Assembly (NCBI GenBank): GCA_036149055.1
Contig: JAYZQJ010000227.1
Span: 32,001 to 96,000, forward strand
Direction of reading: 5' to 3'
Source: Myxococcota bacterium
GTDB lineage: Bacteria; Myxococcota_A; Polyangia; Polyangiales; Sandaracinaceae
DNA: 64,000 nt
Part shown: one piece after another, positions 57,446 through 64,000 of the stretch
Layout: every line of letters begins with the position of its first letter
Numbering within the stretch: position 1 is the stretch's first letter
Position numbers and translations under genes: made by a program
The notes under the pieces: generated by a model
Told to the model about the DNA's origin: nothing
Seen by the model: only the letters and a program-made list of their open reading frames with translations
The model's database searches: none

Positions 57446-58777
57446 ATGCAGTCACCCACCTTTGCGCAGATAGGAGGCGGCGAGCTCTGGGTCGTCGTGT
57501 TCGGCGCGCTCGCGTTCGCAGTCGGCCTGCTCGTGCTCATCGGGATCGCGAGAGCCCTGCTGCACATCGCGCGGCCCAACGAGGCGCTGATCTTCAGCGG
57601 TAAGCGCTACACCACCAGCGACGGCCAGACCCTCGGGTACAAGGTCGTCCGCTCGGGCCGCCGCGCCTTCAAGGTGCCCTTCATCGAGCGGGTCGACCGC
57701 ATCGACATGACGTTGATCCCGGTCGACGTCGTCGTGCAGAACGCCTACTCGAGGGGCAACATACCTCTCATGATTCACGCCATCGCGAACGTGAAGGTGC
57801 ACAGCGACGAGCGGCGCATCAACAACGCCATCGAGCGCTTCCTCGGCAAGCCCACCGCCGAGATCCAGCTCGTCGCGCAGCAGACCCTCGAGGGCGCGCT
57901 CCGCGAGGTGCTCGCGCAGCTCACGCCCGAGGAGGTCAACGAGGACCGGCTGAAGTTCGCCCAGAACCTCATCGAGGCGGCGGAGGACGACCTCGACAAG
58001 CTCGGCCTCCAGCTCGACACGCTGAAGATCCAGAGCGTGTCGGACGACACCGGCTACCTCGACTCGCTCGGGCGCCCGGCCATCGCGCAGGCGCTCCGCG
58101 ACGCGGAGAACGCCGAGAACCAGGCGATGCAGGAGATCGCGCAGGCCCAGGCGGAGGCGACGCAGCGCGCCGAGGTCGCCCGGGCCCACGCCGAGACCAA
58201 CATCCAGAAGAAGCAGAACGAGCTGCGCCGGGTGAAGGCGGAGCTCGAGGGTGAGGCCGCCGCGGTGGAGCGCGAGGCCGACGTGGCCGCGAAGACCGCG
58301 CGGGCCGCGGCGGAGAAGGAGCTCCAGCAGGTGCGCGCCGAGCTCGCGAAGCTCCGGCTCGAGGCCGAGGTGGTCATCCCCTCGGACTTCGACCGCCGGG
58401 CCAAGGCCATCGCGGCGATCGGCCAGGCGGCGCCCACCAAGGAGAACGGTGAGGCGGCCGTCGAGGTCCTCCGCATGATGAGCGACGCGTGGCGCGAGAT
58501 GGGCCCCCAGGCCCGCGAGCTCTACGTCATCCAGCACCTCGAGGAGATCGTCGGCACGGTCGTCGCCCAGCTGGGCAACGTCGACATCGACGAGGTGCAC
58601 GTGCTCGACCAGGGCGACGGCGCAGGCCTGAGCTCGTACGCGGCGACCTACCCCAAGATGGTCGCGGAGGTGATGAAGGCGCTCAAGGAGACCACCGGCG
58701 TGGACGTGCCGGGCATCCTGAGCGGCCAGAGCAGCGGCGGGCACGGCGTGCCGAGCCTGCCCGAGAGGAGGGTCTGA
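57446..58777 (+). CDS. flotillin/SPFH domain protein
   Basis: PNEALIFSG, AIANVK, TLEGALREVLAQLTPEEVNEDR, Ala/Glu coiled coil. Confidence 0.93.
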   Translation: MQSPTFAQIGGGELWVVVFGALAFAVGLLVLIGIARALLHIARPNEALIFSGKRYTTSDGQTLGYKVVRSGRRAFKVPFIERVDRIDMTLIPVDVVVQNAYSRGNIPLMIHAIANVKVHSDERRINNAIERFLGKPTAEIQLVAQQTLEGALREVLAQLTPEEVNEDRLKFAQNLIEAAEDDLDKLGLQLDTLKIQSVSDDTGYLDSLGRPAIAQALRDAENAENQAMQEIAQAQAEATQRAEVARAHAETNIQKKQNELRRVKAELEGEAAAVEREADVAAKTARAAAEKELQQVRAELAKLRLEAEVVIPSDFDRRAKAIAAIGQAAPTKENGEAAVEVLRMMSDAWREMGPQARELYVIQHLEEIVGTVVAQLGNVDIDEVHVLDQGDGAGLSSYAATYPKMVAEVMKALKETTGVDVPGILSGQSSGGHGVPSLPERRV

Positions 58778-60063
58778 TGGGCTTCGGAGCATTCATCGCG
58801 CTGGCGGGGATCGCCCTGATCGCGGTCGTGGCGATCACGCTGGTCATCAAGAACGTGCTCTACGTCTGTCAGCCGAACGAGGTGCTGGTGTTCAGCGGTC
58901 GAAAGAACACGACCACGGATGGACGCACGGTCGGCTACCGGATCATCAAGGGCGGTCGGACGCTGAGGGTGCCCCTCATCGAGACGGTCGACCGGATGGA
59001 CCTGACGAACATGATCATCGAGCTGACGGTGCGGAACGCCTACTCCAAGGGCGGCATCCCGCTGACCGTGCAGGGCGTGGCCAACATCAAGGTGCCCGGT
59101 GAGGAGCCTCTCATCCACGCCAGCCTCGAGCGCTTCCTCGGCAAGAGCCGCGGGGAGATCATGAAGGTCGCGCGCGAGACCCTGGAGGGGAATCTCCGCG
59201 GCGTGCTCGCGATCCTCACGCCCGAGCAGGTCAACCAGGACAAGGAAGCGTTCGCCATGAAGCTCACCGAGGAGGCGGAGCACGACCTGACGAACATCGG
59301 CCTCATCCTGGACACGCTGAAGATCCAGAACGTGACCGACGACGTCGGCTACCTCGACTCCATCGGCCGCATGCGGTCGGCGGAGATCCGCAAGAAGGCG
59401 CAGGTCGCGGAGGCGACGGCCAAGGCGGAGGCGAGCGTCCAGAAGTGGGCGAACACCGAGGGCGCCGAGCTCGCGAAGGTCAACGCGCAGATCCACGTCG
59501 CGATCAAGGACAACGAGCGCCGCATCGCCGACGCGCAGACCAAGCGTGAGGCGATGATCGCCGAGGAGCGCGCGGACGTGCAGGCCACCATCAGCCAGGC
59601 GAAGGCGGAGATCAGCATGCAGGAGGCGCGCATCGAGCAGGTGCGGCAGCGGCTGCAGGCGGACGTGCTCGAGCCGGCCGAGGCGGGACGCAAGCAGATG
59701 GAGCAGCGCGCCAAGGCGGACGCGGCCCAGATCATCGAGCAGGGCCGCGCCACCGCGGAGGTGCTCTCGAGCCTGGCCAAGACCTACCGCGGCAGCGGCA
59801 CCGACGGGCGGGACGTGCTCCTCATGCAGAAGCTCGTCCCCATGCTCCGGACGGTGAGCGGCACCATCGGGGAGCTCCGGGTGGACAAGCTGACGGTGAT
59901 CGGGTCCGGCGCGAAGAACGGCGCCGGCGACTCCGACCTCGCCACGACGCTGGTCCGCACCAACGAGCAGATCAAGGCGGCGACCGGCGTCGACATCCCG
60001 AAGATGTTGACCCGGCTGCAGGGGGAGCCCCGGGAGAGCGGTCCGCCTCCGATCCCGGAGTGA
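58777..60063 (+). CDS. flotillin/SPFH domain protein (second paralog)
   Basis: PNEVLVFSG, GVANIK, TLEGNLRGVLAILTPEQVNQD. TGATG overlap with the first. Confidence 0.93.
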   Translation: MGFGAFIALAGIALIAVVAITLVIKNVLYVCQPNEVLVFSGRKNTTTDGRTVGYRIIKGGRTLRVPLIETVDRMDLTNMIIELTVRNAYSKGGIPLTVQGVANIKVPGEEPLIHASLERFLGKSRGEIMKVARETLEGNLRGVLAILTPEQVNQDKEAFAMKLTEEAEHDLTNIGLILDTLKIQNVTDDVGYLDSIGRMRSAEIRKKAQVAEATAKAEASVQKWANTEGAELAKVNAQIHVAIKDNERRIADAQTKREAMIAEERADVQATISQAKAEISMQEARIEQVRQRLQADVLEPAEAGRKQMEQRAKADAAQIIEQGRATAEVLSSLAKTYRGSGTDGRDVLLMQKLVPMLRTVSGTIGELRVDKLTVIGSGAKNGAGDSDLATTLVRTNEQIKAATGVDIPKMLTRLQGEPRESGPPPIPE

Positions 60064-60101
60064 CCCCGGTCGGGGAGTGACCTTCCTCAGTGCCTCGTTC
60101 T

Positions 60102-60137
60102 GAGACGGGCGGACCTCTTCGGAGGTTCGCCCGTTTC
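60102..60137 (+). terminator. 16-bp hairpin with C(UUCG)G loop after the flotillin operon
   Basis: GAGACGGGCGGACCTC-TTCG-GAGGTTCGCCCGTTTC, with two G-U pairs. Confidence 0.65.
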
Positions 60138-60257
60138 GCGTTGGGACACCGGACGCGAGGGGGCGGCCGGCAGCGGATCGCGGATGGTCCCGACAGCTGT
60201 TGGCGCGACCCGACAATCGAACCCAAGTCGGGGGTCCGAACCGGTCAGAGGGCGCCA

Positions 60258-60272
60258 TGGCACGCCGGTTGC
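60258..60272 (+). promoter_or_regulatory. sigma54 promoter (consensus match)
   Basis: TGGCACGCCGGTTGC equals TGGCACG-N4-TTGC, 80 nt upstream of the AraC gene. Confidence 0.72.
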
Positions 60273-60352
60273 GAACCGGTTCATTCGTGACCTGCCCGGT
60301 GCGGGGTGGGAACTGAAATCCCAACGGGGGGACGACCCCAAGTGAGCCCAAC

Positions 60353-61378
60353 ATGACGTCCGACGCAGCATCCATTGCATGGTACCTCCGCCGCGCGACG
60401 CCCACGAGCGCCATCGAGTGGCCCGAGGGCGCGGCCGGAGACTCTCCGCCCGACTACCCGACTCGGCTGCCCACGTCCGACGTGACGCGGCTGCTCGAGC
60501 AGGCGACGCAGCACGGCCCCGCGGCCGCCGCCCGCGCCGGCGTCGAGGCGGGACGAAGGCCGGTGACCGCGCTCCCGCTCCTCGTGCGAGCCAGCGCCAA
60601 GGCCAGCGAGGCGGCCGATCACGCGAGCCAGTTCTGGAGCGCGTTCAGCGGCAGCACCCGGCTCGAGAGCCGGAGCGAAGGCGGCCGCTGGGAGCTGGTG
60701 CTGGTCGAGAACTGGCGCGAGCGCACCCGCGGGCAGGACCTGCTGCTCCAGTACCTGGTCGGCAGCCTGGTCGGCGCGCTCGCCGAGCACACCGCCGGCG
60801 CGGTGCAGCCGCGCGAGATCCGGCTCCCGGGCGTGCCTCACGCGGGCGACGACGAGGTGGCGCGGGCGCTCGGCGCGCCCATCCAGCGAGGCTCGGACCT
60901 CGCGCGGGTGGTCTACGATCGGAGCGCCGGCGACGTGCCGCTGCGCACCGCCGACGCGCTCGTCTCGACCTTCCTCGCCGCGGAGCTCCAGCGCGCCATC
61001 CAGCGCCTCCGCCTCGCGGTGACCTGGCAGATCGACGAGCTCATCCGCGAGAACCTCTCGGAGGGCCTCGGGATGCGGGACGCGGCCAAGCACCTCGGCC
61101 TGAGCGAGCGGACCCTGCGCCGCCGGCTCGACGAGGAGGGCACGTCCTTCCGCGAGCGCCTCGACCACGTCCGCCGCGGGCGCGCCCTCGAGCTGCTCGC
61201 CGACCACGACGTGCAGACGGTCGCCCGGCAGCTCGGCTTCGTCGACGCCCGCTCGTTCCAGCGCGCCTTCCGCCGCTGGACGCGCATGACGCCGCTCGAG
61301 CACAAGCGCCGCCTCCGCGCGGCCGCGCGCCAGGCCCCGATGGTCTCGCGCACGCACGCCGCCGAGGCGGCTCAGTAG
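60353..61378 (+). CDS. AraC family transcriptional regulator
   Basis: AAKHLGLSERTLRRRLDEEGTSF, VARQLGFVDARSFQRAFRRWTRMTP. Confidence 0.9.
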   Translation: MTSDAASIAWYLRRATPTSAIEWPEGAAGDSPPDYPTRLPTSDVTRLLEQATQHGPAAAARAGVEAGRRPVTALPLLVRASAKASEAADHASQFWSAFSGSTRLESRSEGGRWELVLVENWRERTRGQDLLLQYLVGSLVGALAEHTAGAVQPREIRLPGVPHAGDDEVARALGAPIQRGSDLARVVYDRSAGDVPLRTADALVSTFLAAELQRAIQRLRLAVTWQIDELIRENLSEGLGMRDAAKHLGLSERTLRRRLDEEGTSFRERLDHVRRGRALELLADHDVQTVARQLGFVDARSFQRAFRRWTRMTPLEHKRRLRAAARQAPMVSRTHAAEAAQ

Positions 61379-62073
61379 CGCGCCTCGAGGATCCGGACGT
61401 TCTCCTGCAGCCGCGCGTCGAACGCGGTGAGGAACGCCCGGGCCTCGGGGGTCTCCAGCGCGGCGCCCAGCTCCGCGGTGCCGCGCTGCATGGCCGCCTC
61501 GTCGGCCTCGCTGAGGCCGGCGGTCGGGTCCGCGTCTTCGCCCTTGCCGCGAAGGCGCCGGACCGCGTGCCACGCCGCCTTGGGCAGCCCCGACACCCCG
61601 CGCAGGGCCTTCCTCAGGAGCGCCTGCAGCAGCTTCATGTCGGTCCCGGCCACGGCGTTGTCGAACGCGGCCCGGAGCAGCTCCGCCTCCCGCCGGCGCG
61701 CCTCCGGAGCGGCGTCGTCCGCGAGCCTCCCCTCGGCCAGCCAGCCGTCGAGCGCCCGACCGAGCAGCACCGCGTCGCTCAGGTCCCGGGTGAGATAGCG
61801 GAGCGCGAAGATCCAGCTCAGCACCTTCTTGATCGGGAAGAGCAGCAGCTTCAGCCCCGAGAGGAGGCACCCGTAGACGCAGCCGTGCGGGTCCGCGTAG
61901 AGCGGCGCCACCTGCTTGGAGGGGAAGCCCCGCCCGTGGGCCTGGAGCGCCTTGGTGATCATCAGCTGGCGCGCCCGATCACCGAGGAAGTCGTCGAGGA
62001 ACGGGACCGGGGTGAGCCGCGCCGCGGAGGCGAGCAGACCGCAGGTCAGGCGGAGGCTGAGGGCGGCGTCCAT
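61372..62073 (-). CDS. hypothetical protein
   Basis: PVPFLDD motif and helical composition. Confidence 0.65.
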   Translation of the reverse strand: MDAALSLRLTCGLLASAARLTPVPFLDDFLGDRARQLMITKALQAHGRGFPSKQVAPLYADPHGCVYGCLLSGLKLLLFPIKKVLSWIFALRYLTRDLSDAVLLGRALDGWLAEGRLADDAAPEARRREAELLRAAFDNAVAGTDMKLLQALLRKALRGVSGLPKAAWHAVRRLRGKGEDADPTAGLSEADEAAMQRGTAELGAALETPEARAFLTAFDARLQENVRILEARY

Positions 62074-62122
62074 GAAGAGGTCAGCCTACCCAAACCGGAG
62101 CGCGGCCGGTTGATTCCCGCGA

Positions 62123-62659
62123 TCAGGCGCTGAGCCGCCCGACGTCGCTGCGGCAGTCGCGGCAGACGGCGTAGACGACCACCGCCTCGCGGGGCAGATC
62201 GCCTCGGGACGCGGCGTCGCTGGCCTCGTGCCAGGCGCCGTCGAGCTTGACCCGATTGCACATGCTGCAGCGCACGTGCGCGTTCGGTCCGCGCGCGAAG
62301 CGGAAGCGCACCCCCGGCCGCATGCGCTCCTCCTCCAGGATGCGGTGCTCGAGGCGCACCCGGTCGCCCTCGGGGCTCAGCCGCATCTCCATGTGGCGCC
62401 GGTGGGTCGGGGAGTCGCAGCGGTAGCGGCGCACGAGGGTCTTGTGGTGGGTGCGCACCGCGGCGAGCAGGGTGGAGAGCAGCATGCGCGTCGTGTCGCC
62501 CTCGATGAACGACCAGAGCGGCTTGCCCAGCACCCGCTCGCGCAGGACCGCGTCGCCGTCGTTGTCGCGCGCGAAGCCATCCCAGGCGCCGCCCACGTCC
62601 ACCACCACGTCGTCCGCGTCCACCCAGTAGACGACCGCTTCCCTGACCCGCTCCGTCAC
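62123..62659 (-). CDS. PAS-like protein with C-terminal Cys pairs
   Basis: WDGFARDN...VLGKPLWSFI...YRCDSP..RRHMEM...CSMC...VCRDC. Confidence 0.7.
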   Translation of the reverse strand: MTERVREAVVYWVDADDVVVDVGGAWDGFARDNDGDAVLRERVLGKPLWSFIEGDTTRMLLSTLLAAVRTHHKTLVRRYRCDSPTHRRHMEMRLSPEGDRVRLEHRILEEERMRPGVRFRFARGPNAHVRCSMCNRVKLDGAWHEASDAASRGDLPREAVVVYAVCRDCRSDVGRLSA

Positions 62660-62679
62660 CGCGATCAGGTTCTTAGGTC

Positions 62680-63513
62680 CTAATTGCCGGAGAGCCACTT
62701 CGAGATGCGCGGGCTGCGCGTCACGTGGCCGATGACCCCGAAGAAGCCCTGACCGAGCAGGCGCTTGGCGCGCCACATCACCTTGCCGTCGGCCTGGGGC
62801 ACGACGTAGAGGTCGCCCCGCTCGAGCCCCCGGAGCGCCACGTCCGCGACCGCCTCGGCCGTCCACTTGGAGCTGGTGATCAGCTTCGCGGTCTGGGCCC
62901 GGAGCGCCTCGTTCGCCCGCGCGTTCTCGTGGATGCGGGTGCGGAAGAAGGTCGGGCACAGCGCCGTCACGTGCACGCCGGTCCCGGCCAGCTCCCCGTA
63001 GAGGGTCTCGCTCAGCGCGACCACGCCGGCCTTGGTGACGTTGTAGGGCCCCATCATCGGCGCCGAGAGCAGGCCGGCCGCCGACGCGACGTTGAGCACC
63101 CAGCCCTGCCCCTGCTTCTTCATGCGCGGCACGAAGGCGTGGCAGCCGTGCACGACGCCCCAGAGGTTGATGTCGATCTGCCAGCGCCAGTCCTCGAGGC
63201 TCACGTCCCCGACCGCGCCGGCCACCGCGACGCCCGCGTTGTTCACCAGGATGTCGACGCCGCCGAACGCCTCGTCGACGCGCGCCGCCTGGGCCTCGAC
63301 CTGCTCCGGGTCACGCACGTCGCAGCGCAGGCTCAGGGCCTCGCCGCCCGCCCGCGTGCACAGCTCGACGGTCTCCGCGAGGCCCTCCTCGTCGACGTCC
63401 GAGAGCACGAGGCGCCCACCGCGCTCGGCGAGGCGGAGGCTGATGGCGCGGCCGAAGCCGCTCGCGGCCCCGGTGACCGCGGCGCGAGGACGGGAGGGGA
63501 AGGTGCGGGCCAT
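62680..63513 (-). CDS. SDR family oxidoreductase
   Basis: TGAASGFG, NNAG, NVAS, YNVTK, CPTFF. Confidence 0.93.
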   Translation of the reverse strand: MARTFPSRPRAAVTGAASGFGRAISLRLAERGGRLVLSDVDEEGLAETVELCTRAGGEALSLRCDVRDPEQVEAQAARVDEAFGGVDILVNNAGVAVAGAVGDVSLEDWRWQIDINLWGVVHGCHAFVPRMKKQGQGWVLNVASAAGLLSAPMMGPYNVTKAGVVALSETLYGELAGTGVHVTALCPTFFRTRIHENARANEALRAQTAKLITSSKWTAEAVADVALRGLERGDLYVVPQADGKVMWRAKRLLGQGFFGVIGHVTRSPRISKWLSGN

Positions 63514-63616
63514 GCCTCCGCTGTAGCACATCGCGTCGGCATCGTTCGGGGACGACTCAAGGATCGCAGCCACCCCGCCGTTGATCGCGCCGTACCCAAA
63601 AGGGAGGAACGAGAAG

Positions 63617-63973
63617 ATGAAGGTCCTCGTCGTCGACGACAGCAAGGCCATGCGCATGATCGTCCGCCGCGCCCTGCGGCAGACCGGGCTCGATCTGGAC
63701 GTCTCGGAAGCGGAGAACGGGAAGGCGGCCTTCGACCAGCTCGTCGAGACTCGCTTCGACTTCGTGCTGAGCGACTGGAACATGCCCGAGATGAACGGCT
63801 ACGAGCTGCTCCAGCGCATCAAGGCCGAGAACATCCCCGTCAAGCTCGGTTTCGTGACCTCGGAGAGCACCGACGAGATGAAGTCGCAGGCCCGCGAGGC
63901 TGGCGCCGAGTTCCTCATCTCGAAGCCGTTCACGCCCGAGGTCCTGAGCGAGCGGCTCGGCCGCTACGCCTGA
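63617..63973 (+). CDS. CheY-like single-domain response regulator
   Basis: VLVVDDS, SDWNMPEMNG, VTSE, KPF. Confidence 0.92.
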   Translation: MKVLVVDDSKAMRMIVRRALRQTGLDLDVSEAENGKAAFDQLVETRFDFVLSDWNMPEMNGYELLQRIKAENIPVKLGFVTSESTDEMKSQAREAGAEFLISKPFTPEVLSERLGRYA

Positions 63974-64000
63974 CGCCGCCATGCCCCGCCCCGACGACGC

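Noticed and set aside
60064..60352. Riboswitch or tRNA in the intergenic region
   Set aside because: No recognisable conserved core. The visible structure is explained by a terminator-like hairpin and a sigma54 promoter. An Rfam scan would settle it.

Overview
Very GC-rich bacterial chromosomal DNA. Gene content points to a myxobacterium, probably Polyangiales/Sandaracinaceae-like (inference): Ser/Thr kinases, an FHA-sigma54 activator, a DUF1552/DUF1592 pair, and many Cys-rich lipoproteins with acidic DAG/DGG linkers. About 55 CDSs can be supported. They include gloA, argJ, purN, sodC, a mevalonate operon (polyprenyl synthase, mvk, mvaD, phosphomevalonate kinase, class II HMG-CoA reductase), a NfeD-flotillin-flotillin operon, two sigma54 activators and several sigma54 promoters. 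I saw no rRNA, tRNA, CRISPR array or transposase. The standout is a translationally coupled operon at 28295-34644. A radical SAM/SPASM enzyme resembling the PlpX-type tyramine-excising spliceases is followed by two small paralogous lipoproteins, one hidden inside a spurious long ORF in the track. Each has a Zn-ribbon, a lipoprotein signal, an acidic tether and two P-x-Y-G motifs that contain all of its tyrosines. This suggests lipid-anchored beta-ketoamide (spliceotide) proteins. Other notable items: a four-box enhancer plus sigma54 promoter beside a two-component system, a hexamer plus 109-bp tandem repeat array upstream of the mevalonate operon, a KDPG-aldolase-fold protein lacking its catalytic residues, a secreted alpha-dioxygenase-like peroxidase and an unannotated 44-aa ORF coupled at both ends. 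Family assignments come from motif recognition by eye, not database searches.
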